From Felis catus (Eukaryota): a stretch of DNA of 64,000 nt. The notes under the pieces were generated by a model, which was not told where the DNA came from, did no database searches, and saw only the letters and a list, made by a program, of their open reading frames with translations. The first letter of the stretch is position 1. The number at the start of each line of letters is the position of its first letter. The position numbers were made by a program, and so were the translations under genes. Positions 52,051-64,000 of the stretch are shown in pieces. The stretch covers positions 191,458,001 to 191,522,000 of the forward strand of contig NC_058368.1 in assembly GCF_018350175.1 (NCBI RefSeq), written 5' to 3'.

Positions 52051-55000
52051 AGTAACTAATACTGAGGCATGTAAATGCCTGTCCCTCCACATGTGACAGC
52101 AAATGTTCTTGTTTCATAATCCCATAGTCCCAGAATCTTGGGGAGCACCTGACACACAGTGGGCATTCAATGTCTGTTGGAGGACTGAAGAATGAACGAA
52201 TGATCTTCTGCCTCTCCTCAAAGAATTAAGAGATTCTGAGTTACTGAGGAAGATTTAACGAGGGTGGCGGGAGGGAAGACTCCAGCCACTACTGTTTCCC
52301 TGCCTATCCTCTCACAGTGGCATTTAAAAATACATTCAGTGCAACTGATGTCTAAACGAATGGGATAAGAGGCTACCAGACAAGTGAACTGCTCCATAAT
52401 CAAAGCCAAAGTCTGGTCAGGGCAGGACCCCAACAAAGTCTCCCTGGAAAACTATCAAATCACAAGCAAATGTTCTGAGGTTACAGAGTCAACCAACAAG
52501 CCTTCAGAAGAATCCCAAAGAGGATGCCAGCTCAACAACACAGAAAATACCTAGAGGAAAACTGTCCTCCAACAGTGACCTGGGAGGGTGATGTGAAGTG
52601 ATGAGACTGGGGGCTTTGATTAGGACCTGCTCACAGGGTGTTCTTCTGACCTGGGATGCTTTGTTTTTATTCTCTAGCTAGCCCTTTGCTCTCCGCTGAA
52701 TTCATGCATGAACAGGTCTTTTCTTTTCAAGCATGCAAACAAAAATCTCTTGCAGTTTCAAACGCACTGCCCTCTCCCTTGCAGTCCACTTGATAGTTTG
52801 CCTTTCTTTCTTTGCTTTTTGAAAACAAGCTTTGATCATCTCACCCCCCCCCCCCGCTCCGCCCTGCCCCACCTTCAGTGGCTCACCATGGCCTGAAGAA
52901 TAGAATAAAAACTTCTAAGCCTGCCACATGACATCCCATACCTCCTACATGCCCCACATGCTTCTCTAACCCCTTCTCACTTCCCCTCTACATATTCACC
53001 ATGATCAAACCACTGTTCTGCTTATTAGATGCAATGACAAAGACAAACAGTCTCAAGCATCCTGATGTCCTTCCTTTGTTTCTTCCTTTCATTTTCTTTT
53101 AATCCCACCATCAGTTACCTCTGCAACGCAAGTCAAGATGCCTAAAGACACAGGAGTCATGGGCATCTAGAACAAAAACAAACTTTTCAGTTCTCCCATT
53201 GAAAACATTACTTTCTTGTACCAAGTACAATCGTGATGATTCCTGGTTTGTTCCCAGGATGGCTGCACAACTAAAGCCACAGTAATGGTACTCCATGGGG
53301 AAGATGATTTAATTGAAGCAGTTGAAGACATCCTGGGAAAACTACTTAAACACGCAGATTCCTGAGCGGGCTTCAAAATACTGCATTGAAATAGTCTGGT
53401 GGATCCAGGGAATCCACCCGATAACTAGCACCAGACCTGGTTCTGATTTCAATGGTCCTGAAGTGATACTTGGAGAAATACTTTGAGAAATAAATACTTC
53501 AGTGTTTCTGCAGTGTTGAGGTGGACTTCCTACATTTCACACAGACTGCTCTTCTAATTCATTATATTTCTCTATTGACATGCTAATGGCAGAATTCAGC
53601 TGAGTACCTGTTTCTGGTGATAGGAATTTTTGAAGGGAATTAAGAACTGACAATAACTTTAGAGTATTAAATGTATGGTGGTTTATTTGGTTTTTCATGA
53701 TCTGAGGATGCTCGTTCCCAGCTTAATGCCTTCAATAAGAAATTATCAGGGTGAGGTCAGACTGACATTGGAGCAGCATTCTGAACAATAGACCATGGAT
53801 TAGTACTTCCTTCTTGGCCCAATTTATTCTCTAAGGGACATGTCTCTTCATAAGAATCCAGGTTTGTTCCACAAATACCTTTTTGAGGGTCTGCCAATTT
53901 CCAGCCATGGAACTGGGGGCTAGTTCTAAAATCCTGCCATTGTTTCTGGTTCTGTGAAATAGACATCCTACGCCATACTTTCACAGATGATTATTTTATC
54001 CAGCATCAGCCTAAATGACAACAGAAAAGAGTATTTCTGGAAAACATAATGATTTATTGGTAGTTCCGTGGGACCAAGAATCTAGCATGGAATGGAATTT
54101 ATCAGTAAAAAGCAGACATTAAAGGAAAATTACTGAGAGAAAACCCCTTTGCTCCACAAAGTCACGATTGATCTTTTTAAGGCAAATCTTTTTATCCACG
54201 CTTTACTGCAAAACTTTTCGTAGATCTAATTTTCATCGAATGATTGTTTTCCCATTCCCAACATTTTTTATGGACTTAATCAACATTTCGTTCTTCATTT
54301 TATCTTTATTGAAGTTAGGAAGGTTAACTGTAACTGTATGAAAGTAAACTAGCATAACTGATGCAATCAAAGGGAGATACCTACGCTATTATTAGATAGG
54401 TAGATACAGGGATAGACAGATAAAGACATCTATAACCCTTAAAAATGCTCTCAAAAATTGGCTTGACGTTTGGAAGAAGAGGAAAACAACAATGAAATAA
54501 CAAATACAACCTTCTAAAAGCAAAATATCTTGCAAAGCTACAGTTTTATTTTTAAAGAGCAAGACAAAAGCTCAAATTATTAAAAGGTGTGTTGGCTTCT
54601 GCACAGAAATAAAGGAACATACGGAAAGAGCATCTGACAAGAAAAAAAAATTAAGTACAGGAACACATGGTTTAGTTAGTTTAAAGCAACGGCATTAAAA
54701 TTTATAATGGCTTATTTTATTGGAGATTGCACAGTCTTAAATTAATATCCCCATTATCTTTAGTGAAAATAAAAACATCAAAGTATATGCATTCTTTGTT
54801 AATTACATCTAATGAAAGTAATAACCCTGGACAAATTAACTGTTCCAGCAATAAATGACCAACCTTTACGCCAATAGGAAGGAAACAGAAGAGAATATTT
54901 GCACTGAAAAGGGAGGTTCATTTTATTCTACTCTTTCATTTTACACAAGAGACAACTGAGGTCCAAAGACGTCTATTCACTTGCCAGGATCACACATTCC

Positions 55001-55565
55001 AGAAAGTCATCCATCATATGGCTATTACAGAGTTATGTGTTCATTGATAAAGTCTTCAGGAAGGAAAGATAATGCTTTCATGAAGTAATCCTAACTATCT
55101 GTTGCCATGTGTATGCATTGACGTTCATTCAGGGCCCACAATGTTGACTCTTTTCTTTTACCACTTATGTATTCTCCACAAGATGCTTATCCTTCCTAAA
55201 GATGGTAGCCCTTTCTTCCACCCTCCTCCTTCCTCTCCCCTCTCTATCTTCACTTTTCTTTTCCCCGGCTCTATTCCTCTGTTCCCTCCCACTCCCCATT
55301 CTCTCTGTCTGCCAACCGAGAACTTACAATCATACATTCAGGCACTAGGAAGGTGAGCAAGTCAGCAAGATTGTTCACCTACTCAAGGCAACAGCAATAC
55401 GAAGACCCTTGTTGAAAACGGCTGGAGATATTAACCTCAAACTTTAGGCAAGAATATCTCTGAACACACTAGTTTCCTACTAAACACACTACATTCATCA
55501 TCTTTTGGTTCTTCTCAATAATTTTAAATACACAACCAAGTTCTTTTCATTTACAGTTAACAGTG

Positions 55566-55925
55566 TGCTACAGACTGAATGTTCATGCCCCTCCAAAATT
55601 GCTATGTTTAAACCTAACGCCCAACATGATGATATCAGGAGGTGGGTTCTTCAGGAGGTAATTTTATCATGAGGGTAGAGCCCTCATGAATGGAATGAGT
55701 GCCCTTATAAAAGGGATCCCAGAGAGCTCCCCTGCCCCTTCCCCCATGTGAGGACACAGAGAGAAGACAGCCATCTATGAACCAGAAAACAGGCTCTCAT
55801 CTGACACCATCTCTGCAGGCACCTTGATCTTGAACTTCCCAGCCTCCAGAACTGTGAGAAATAAACTTGTTTACCAGCCGCCCAGTCTGTGATATTTTGT
55901 TATAGAAGCCTGAACAGACTAAACA
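55566..55925 (+). mobile_element. MLT1A0-like MaLR solo LTR
   Basis: gagccctcatgaatgg...gtgcccttataaaag...cagcctccagaactgtgagaaataaa; flanks cagtg/caatg. Confidence 0.92.
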
Positions 55926-57654
55926 CAATGATGTAGACAAACACTCCTCTACATACTGTCTCTCTTATTTCCTAGGGTAACCACTCTAGTCAAAATGTAT
56001 CACATCGTCCCTGGTACCAGTCTATGAATTTCCTGAGACTGGCAGAGATGTACCTCAGCTCCTAGCACTGTGCCTGGCTGACCCTCAGAAATAGTTCAGA
56101 GACTTACAGGTAAAAGGCAATTATCAGCTCTAGACTTGTGAGTCCACAACTAGGTAGGTGAGTTCTCTTGCAACATACTTAAGAGGTATTCAGCTCATAT
56201 AAGATATCTGAGTGGCAACAGCTAATGCAATAAAAACATGCCATCAACCTCCTTATAAAGAAGTCTACAAGTACAGAGTGTCAGGGTGGGTGACTGTGGC
56301 TCTAGGACAGCAAGGACCCAGAGCTGTCTCTTCGTAACTGTGTGACTTTAGCATATACGTTATTTCTCATACCCTCCAGTTTCTTGTGAGAACACCCGTG
56401 GTGTTGGACAGCACTCGATAAATTTTTCTATCATTATCATTATTGTCTCAAACATCACTACTTTATGAAAGATTTTACCCACTCAAGAGTTCTACTAAAA
56501 TCAAAATGATAACCCAGGAGCTGGATAATCTCTATGCTTTTTTCATTTTCAAATAAATGACTCTGTGTTTTATCTATTTCTCACAGATGGGATAGCTTGC
56601 TCAGCATCATCTAATCTCCACTGGATTTTCCTGAGCAGGAGGAACTTACGGGATAGAAAAGCGACTCAGTAACTACTACATGAAGAGAACAGATTCTCCC
56701 CAACAGCACAGTGTCTGTGCCTCTGTCTGCCTCACATGAGTCTTTTCCACTCTACCTACCAACAGGGGTGGGGGCAAAGGTTTAAGGAAAACAAAATGCA
56801 ACCAGGTTGATTTTCTGTCCATCAACCGTTTATGCTACACAAGCACCTTTTAGAACAGTATTCTGGTGGGTGCTGCTTTTCAGTGGCGAGAAAGATTTGG
56901 AAATAAATGGAAATTTGTTAAATGCCAGAACAAGGCGGGGGGGGGGGAGGAATAAACCACAAAGTGGCAAGATACCAACTCTAAGTTCTTGTTCTGAGGA
57001 GAAACAAGGAAGCCCATGGGATATGGGGCCTAGCTGTAAACAAGCCAGGGAAATGAAATTATAAAAGCAGGACAGAACCCTCAGAACTCCTACAGGGGTC
57101 TTTAAGTGCCAGTGCAAGTTCATTCACCCAGATCTCAATTTTTATTCATCCCATTTTTTATCAGGTGGCTGACATAGCGATTTTAGTTAAATACATCCAA
57201 AGAGCCAACATATTACTAATATAAGGTACTATTTTTGCCTCTGGTAATAAATCCAGCTTTCTTTCCTAACTAGCTATGTTTGGCCCATGGGACCCTACCC
57301 ACCCAACTCCAAGCCTCAAAGGTAAAAACAAAAACAAAAATAAATAAATAAATAAACAAACAAACAACTATCCTCTCTCAATAAAAGGAGTCTTCTTGGA
57401 GTCGCATCTGGCATTCCAAACATTCTGAAACATCTTCTGCTACAAACAAACAAACAAATAAGCTCCAGTTTCCCACAAAAATATACCAAATGCTTTATAT
57501 CATAAAACAAGGAAAACTTTCTTTTGAACAGAAATAATGGAAATGACCAAGAAATATTTTATGGGCTGCACTAAAATAATCTAAGAAAGCTCAAAGGGAA
57601 TGCTTTATGGGGTTTATGGACTTATCTCAAGCAACAGGTCGTAGTTCTACCATT

Positions 57655-57656
<2 letters not shown>

Positions 57657-57691
<35 letters not shown>
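57657..57691. repeat. (CA)n microsatellite
   Basis: Directly visible. Confidence 0.98.
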
Positions 57692-57693
<2 letters not shown>

Positions 57694-58471
57694 TTAATGA
57701 CGGTTTGGTATTTGGGTTTGTTTTAACTTCTACACACAGAAACTACTGGCTGGACCAACACTGAAGTATATTAACCACAAGCTGGGTCATTAGAGGAATT
57801 GAAACACAAATGAATCCCAATTTATTTCTACAAAGTTTGTATAAAAACATATTGGATCTGGTCCCTGCCTTCAAGGAGCTTACTCTCTTAGTGTAGAAGC
57901 AAAATCTAAATAAGGGAAATAATGGTCTCAAACACATCTTCTCATGTGCTCATGTATACAGTACCTGGTTTAATCTCACAAGGATTTAAATATACAAGAT
58001 AGAATAAATTAAGAGCTAACCCACTGGACTAATGGGAAAATAATAGGAATTCAGTCAGGGAGGGCTGCTCTTAAACCCTTAAGAGCATTAAACATGCTCT
58101 TAAAAGCATCTACCATTAAACATGAAGTCTTGGAAAAGAGAAACATCTCTAGGGGCATTTCTTTCCCGCACTTAACCTAAGAAAATCAGGCAGACAGTTT
58201 GGTTTGTATATGTCATGTATGTATCTGTACACTATGCACATTGTTTTTATTTATCCGTCCCCTTGCCCATTCACTGCTAGTCTCAATGCTGACATAGTAT
58301 GTTCCCTCGAGACCAATCTAGCCCTGCATATTCAGAACCTCAACTTATAAAGCCCTTTTGTGCTAATTACTCTATGTTCTAAATACAGTAGATTGTTTAA
58401 ATGAACTAATCACATGACTTACAAGTGAAATTAATACAATAGCAAAGTGCCGTCTAAAAGAAGCAGTGACC

Positions 58472-59493
58472 ACGGAATGGGAAAAGATATTCGCAAATGA
58501 CATATCGGACAAAGGGCTAGTATCCAAAATCTATAAAGAGCTCACCAAACTCCACACCCGAAAAACAAATAACCCACTGAAGAAATGGGCAGAAAACATG
58601 AATAGACACTTCTCTAAAGAAGACATCCGGATGGCCAACAGGCACATGAAAAGATGTTCAGCGTCGCTCCTTATCAGGGAAATACAAATCAAAACCACAC
58701 TCAGGTATCACCTCACGCCAGTCAGAGTGGCCAAAATGAACAAATCAGGAGACTATAGATGCTGGAGAGGATGTGGAGAAACGGGAACCCTCTTGCACTG
58801 TTGGTGGGAATGCAAATTGGTGCAGCCGCTCTGGAAAGCAGTGTGGAGGTTCCTCAGAAAATTAAAAATAGACCTACCCTATGACCCAGCAATAGCACTG
58901 CTAGGAATTTACCCAAGGGATACAGGAGTACTGATGCATAGGGCCAATTGTACCCCAATGTTCATAGCAGCACTCTCAACAATAGCCAAATTATGGAAAG
59001 AGCCTAAATGTCCATCAACTGATGAATGGATAAAGAAATTTTGGTTTATATACACAATGGAGTACTACGTGGCAATGAGAAAAAATGAAATATAGCCCTT
59101 TGTAGCAACGTGGATGGAACTGGAGAGTGTGATGCTAAGTGAAATAAGCCATACAGAGAAAACAGATACCATATGTTTTCACTCTTATGTGGATCCTGAG
59201 AAACTTAACAGGAACCCATGGGGGAGGGGAAGGAAAAAAAAAAAAAAGAGGTTAGAGTGGGAGAGAGCCAAAGCATAAGAGACTGTTAAAAACTGAGAAC
59301 AAACTGAGGGTTGATGGGGGGTGGGAGGGAGGAGAGGGTGGGTGATGGGTATTGGGGAGGGCACCTTTTGGGATGAGCACTGGGTGTTGTATGGAAACCA
59401 ATTTGTCAATAAATTTCATATATTAAAAATAAATAAATAAATAAATAAATAAAGATATTGTGGCCAGAAAAAAAAAATAAAAAAATAAAAAAA
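58472..59493 (+). mobile_element. Young 5'-truncated felid L1 (ORF2 C-terminus plus 3'UTR) with perfect 17-bp TSD
   Basis: ORF2 C-terminal peptide includes the [18 protein letters not shown] knuckle, with one premature TAG at 59093-59095. TSD taaaagaagcagtgacc (58455-58471, 59494-59510). Confidence 0.99.
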
Positions 59494-59837
59494 TAAAAGA
59501 AGCAGTGACCTAAAAACCACAACATTTCTATTCTTTCATTGCTGTCTTCTCTGATTCAAAACATTTATATCAAGTAATTATAAGCGTTAATTCCTAATAC
59601 TCAAACTGCTCATAAAAATAGATAACATTTATCTTACTATACCCACATATCACAATAAATACATATATATTAAATATATTCAAATTATTCAGAATTTATT
59701 ATAAATGCAGATGAAAATCATATTCTTACCTTCCCTATCTCAATATCACAATAAAAACGAAAATAGGAAAATAACATTTTCTGACACTTCATTCAAAAAA
59801 TCTACATGCAAAATCATTCTAGAAAACTTTCATTTCT

Positions 59838-59965
59838 GGGGCACCTGGCTGGCTGAGTCGCTTACCCATCCAACTTTTGGTGTCAGCTCAGGTCATGATC
59901 TCATCGTTGGTGAGTTCGAGCCCCATATCAGGCTCTGCACTGACATCATGGAGCCTGCTTGGGAT

Positions 59966-60014
<49 letters not shown>

Positions 60015-60075
60015 TCCTCCCCCACTCACTCTCTATCTCTCGAAATAAGTTTTTAAAAAATAAATTTTTTAAGAA
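59838..60075 (+). mobile_element. CanSINE
   Basis: ggggcacctggctggctgagtc head, (CT)n; flanks end in catttct. Confidence 0.95.
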
Positions 60076-60644
60076 GAAAAGAATTCCATTTCTAATGAAA
60101 ATACAAAATGCAAAAAGCATGGAATTACAAAAAAAAAAAAAATCACATAAATTTTCTCAAAATCTGTCCTTCCAAAAATGTATTTGTGAGTTTGTACGCA
60201 GTGGAAGACTTGATTTATTTAAATGTTGTTGAGTGGCTGATAGTTGAAAACTATCACAGCCTTTGGTCAAGCCCTTGCTATGTGCTGGCACAAGCCGTGA
60301 CATCAGCCCTGATATGGTCTGTTTCCAATGGCACCCCAACCTGGCTGGTTTCCCACTCAGCACAATGTGCGGAAGAACACCCCACTTCAGGTTTGCCTTC
60401 CAAAATAACGAAATCAATCCTCTCCCTCTTCTACCATAAAAGTCTCCACTGGCTTTCTGTTGCTTACGAAATCTCTCTCGCTCCACGGATGCTGTCTGAA
60501 GCGCTTCATATTTGGCCCCACCCCCATCAATGTGCTCCTTCTCATTAGCACCATCCTCCCTACCCATGCTCCCCCCTTAAGTGACTCACATCCCCGTATT
60601 GAACACCTGTGGTTTTCACACAGTGTTTCCTCTCCAGAGGTTCT

Positions 60645-60835
60645 CAGCCAGTGGTTAGTCTGTTCTCCAGACACTATTTCACAGTGACCAGAGGCATTTT
60701 GGAGTATCACAAAGGAGTGTGATAGTGCCATTGGCATCTAGTGGGTAGAGGCCATGGCTGCTGCTAAACACTCTGCAATGCACAGAGGACAGTCATCCAT
60801 GGAAAAGAACTATCCAGCCCCAAATATCTATTACT
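60645..60835 (+). mobile_element. MER20-like relic within L2 fragments (about 60330-61170)
   Basis: ttggcatctagtgggtagaggcca...gctgctaaaca...tgcaatgcacag. Confidence 0.8.
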
Positions 60836-61202
60836 AAATATAACCTAGCCTAAAGTAGTATCCAGATTGAAGGACTCTGTCCTACCAGAAAGGACTTCCC
60901 TCCAGCCAGCCAACTCCTCAATTTGTCAAGGTCCAACTCAGAATTCACCTTGTCCTTGAAACAGCCCCTAATTTTCCAGGTTGCCAGTAACTCCCTCACT
61001 TTCTCCCAACCCAATTTGCTTAAGCTATATTTCAACCTACACATATACTAGATATCTACTTCAGTGTTTGTATCTTCCCCTTCTGTGAACTCCAATCCGC
61101 CAAGTCTTATTCTTCTTTCTACCCCTTGATTTGTCTGCTGTAGATACTCCATAAATGTTAAATGAGTGTACATCCCTTCTCATAATATTCTACTTTTCCC
61201 TC

Positions 61203-61365
61203 TAGACCTGCACTGCCCAAATACAGTATTTAAATTTAAATTTCACAAAATTGAAAATTCTGTTCTTCAGTTCCACTAGCCACATTACAGCTCAATAGAC
61301 ACATATGCCTAGTAGCTACCATACTGGAAAGTGTAGAAGGTTCCACTGAGCAGCACAGCATCTAG
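61203..61365. mobile_element. MER3/MER33-like hAT relic
   Basis: tcagttccactagccacatt...gctcaatag...ctagtagctaccatactgga. Confidence 0.7.
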
Positions 61366-61879
61366 ACTAGAAATTCAAGAGAGTGAGGGGCTATATCTAT
61401 ATTCATACACATGCCTGGTACACAGTGGGTATTCCATAAATATTTACATGAATGAATTAAGGTACAGGGATCCTGGGGGTGCTAACTTCCATTTGCTCTA
61501 TTTGCATGAAAAAATAAAAGCAAAGCCAAGACTTGAAAGGCTCTGAAAATTGCAGTTTGCTACTGGTCAGCACAGAGAGCTTTCAGTCAAGAGTGGCAAA
61601 ATATGGTCAGGGTGAGTAATGAATAAAATCCAGGGCATCAGGACAAACAGAAGAGTCATATGTCAGAAAATTAACATTCCAGAAGCCAAGTGACAGTTGC
61701 CCAGACTGAGTCTATCCTGACTGGCTTCCTGGAACAGCTGAATCCTGCAACAGCAACGATATAGATGATACAATTATAATGCACACAGATCCCAAGGGGA
61801 AAATTCAAATTCTGGAGAGACAACAGGGACATAGAAACTAGAACAGGAAAGCCTCAGAGCATACTGACTGGCTACAGAC

Positions 61880-62100
61880 ACAGATTTTAGAGTCAGACAA
61901 GTCTGGGTTCCTGTTCCTCCTGTCATTTTCTAATCAGGTAATTTGGGCAAGTCCGTTGACTCCTTTGAACTTTAGTTTCCTTATCTATAAAATGTGGCTA
62001 ACGGTAATATTTACCTTCCTCACTGTTTTATTGAAGAGATTATGAGCTAATGTATGATGCGCTGAACAGAAGCATACCTAACAGGCATGAATAAATATTG
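61880..62100 (+). mobile_element. MIR
   Basis: gagtcagacaagtctgggttc...ttgggcaagt...agtttccttatctataaaatg. Confidence 0.75.
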
Positions 62101-62196
62101 CTATTTTCATAATTATCAAAAGTAATCTTTAAAGACAGAAGAGACCAAGCGGTCAATCCAACTCCAACCCTATCTTCTGTCTTAACTCTCTGACTT

Positions 62197-62413
62197 ATTT
62201 TTTTAATGTTTATTTATTTTTGAGGGAGCGAGAGACAGAACAGGAGTGGGGTAGGGGCAGAGAGAGAGAGAGGAGAGAGAGACAGAATCGAAGCAGGCTC
62301 CAGGCTCTGAGCTGTCAGCTCAGAGCCCGACATGGGGCTCAAACCCACGAACCGTGAGATCATGACCTGAGCTGAAATCGGACGCTTAACCGGATGAGCC
62401 ACCGAGGCGCCCC
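62197..62413 (-). mobile_element. CanSINE (SINEC_Fc-type)
   Basis: Minus-strand SINE ending gagccaccgaggcgcccc. Confidence 0.96.
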
Positions 62414-62722
62414 TTTCCTTATCCTCTTTACAATATTCTTGCCAAGGATTGCTCAGTCTCTAATTAACATCATTTAATGACCATGAACTTACTGCTTCTT
62501 GAGGCAATTCTTTCCATGGCAGATGACTCTAACATAAAATCACAATGTTTCTCCATGAGACACTCACTATTAGCACATGGATGTGGCATTTTTTTTTTAT
62601 GATACTGTGCTGTCCCATGTATTACAGGACATGGAGCATCTCCAGCCCTCTAGATACCGGTAGCTTGTGCACATGCGTGTGCACACACACACACAAAATC
62701 ACTGTAGAAACAACAAGATGTC

Positions 62723-62869
62723 TTTTTTTTTTACTGTACAATCTAGGTATTTTATTTATTTTATTATTTTTCATATGAAATTTATTGTCAAATTGGTTTC
62801 CATACAACCCCCAGTGCTCATCCCAACAGGTGCCCTCCTCAATGCCCATCACCCACTTTCCCCTCCCCC
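62723..62869 (-). mobile_element. Short felid L1 3' end with TSD, inserted in a MER20-like relic
   Basis: atgaaatttattgtcaaattggtttccatacaac L1 terminus; TSD aacaacaagatgtc (62709-62722) / aacaacaaaatgtc (62870-62883). Confidence 0.92.
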
Positions 62870-63034
62870 AACAACAAAATGTCCTTATATGTTTCCCATG
62901 TTCCCTATAAAGGCAGTAGTACTATCAGCTGCTAAAAACTATTTCCATGGCTAAAATCTCCCTCCTAGATGTAAGCTTGAAAAAAATAAACAGGAATGCT
63001 CAGAGAGGACTGGTATTTCAGGAGTTCCATGAGC

Positions 63035-63523
63035 TATATGGTAGACTTTGCCTGCTAGCTCCCAGATCCATTTCCCCTCCTTCTCCTGCTCTGCATCTCA
63101 AGGAATGACATCCCCAGAGCTCTTTGGCCAACTGCCTTCTAGGTGGGTTCATCCAATGAAAGGTACTGTCATGCGGGAAAAGGAGACAAGTCAGAGTGTT
63201 TTCTTACTCTGCCTCGTGTAGTGTCCCTTCTCTGGAAGGCACCAGTACTCCTGGATCCAAGAGCCCTTCTCTCCATAGGCCAAATTCCTGCAAGGGTAGC
63301 CCTGCCCATGTTCCTGCCCCTGTGAACTCTGGCCTTGGGGCTTTGATAATACTCCCTCCTCTGGTCTCTTCAAGCCTCTTCTTACTCTCTACATGGCCTC
63401 ATGCCCCTGGTTTCTCTCTCAACTTTTCTGTCACCTATGTAATGAATTTTCTGCACCATTAAATCCCTTCTGTTGAAATACACTGAGGAGTTTCTGTTTT
63501 CCTGATTGGACACTGACAGACAC
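63035..63523 (+). mobile_element. LTR41-like ERVL solo LTR
   Basis: 3' end attaaatcccttctgttgaaatac...gtttctgttttcctgattggacactgacagacaca. Confidence 0.6.
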
Positions 63524-63651
63524 AAAGATAGGAATGATGTCTTTTTTCCTATTTTTACCTTGGATGAATGACTGAAAAGAGTAGTTAGAGGAACAGATTA
63601 TTTCTGACATTTTTTTTTTCATTGCTTGTGGAGAAGTAATATAGTGACTCT

Positions 63652-63882
63652 TGTTTTTTGTTTTGTTTTTTTTTTTTAATGTCTGTTTTTTAAGAGAGAG
63701 AAAGAGAGACAGAGTATGAGCAGGGGTGGGGCAGAGAGAGAGGGAGACACATAATCTGAAGCAGGCTCCAGGCTCTGAGCTGTCAGCACAGAGCCCAAAG
63801 CAGTACTCGAACCTATGAACAGTGAGATCATGACCTGAGCCGAAGTCAGATGCCTAACCAACCAAGCCACCCAGGTGCCTCA
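63652..63882 (-). mobile_element. CanSINE with TSD
   Basis: TSD taatatagtgactct (63637-63651) / taatgtagtgactct (63883-63897). Confidence 0.96.
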
Positions 63883-64000
63883 TAATGTAGTGACTCTAAA
63901 GGAAACATGAATTTTGTGATGTTTTATCTCCTAGGGATATAAGTGTAGAAGAAACTGTCAAAGCTGAAACTACTTTTCTCCTCATGGACATGCTTTCCTT

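Noticed and set aside
58466..59095. Longest ORF (209 aa) as a host gene
   Set aside because: It is the L1 ORF2 C-terminus within a TSD-bounded truncated insertion; the start codon is a GTG in the TSD.
59705..60232. 175-aa ORF, and similar ORFs with SLSLSL/RERERE tracts elsewhere
   Set aside because: Read-through of CanSINE (CT)n tracts; no coding signal.

Overview
Mammalian, almost certainly felid (cat-like), genomic DNA. The evidence is about 22 carnivore tRNA-derived SINEs (CanSINE/SINEC, including a very young SINEC_Fc-type copy) and cat-type L1 3' ends. The rest is older eutherian repeats (MLT1/MaLR LTRs, LTR33/LTR41-like ERVL LTRs, MER20, MER5, MER3/33, L2, MIR) and microsatellites. There is no complete gene, CpG island, CRISPR array or prokaryotic system. 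Nearly all listed ORFs are repeat-derived or chance. The window looks like long introns of a minus-strand gene. The best candidate exon is 11989-12071, with weaker ones at 42792-42864 and 33366-33405; I could not recognise the gene. The most notable observations are retrotransposition signatures: a tailless U4 snRNA retrocopy with its own target site duplication (TSD) inside an L1, and two or three short L1 insertions with 14-25 nt of non-L1 DNA between two A-rich tails (micro 3' transductions). I found no convincing new biological system. Repeat family names come from remembered consensus sequences, and boundaries of old repeats are approximate.
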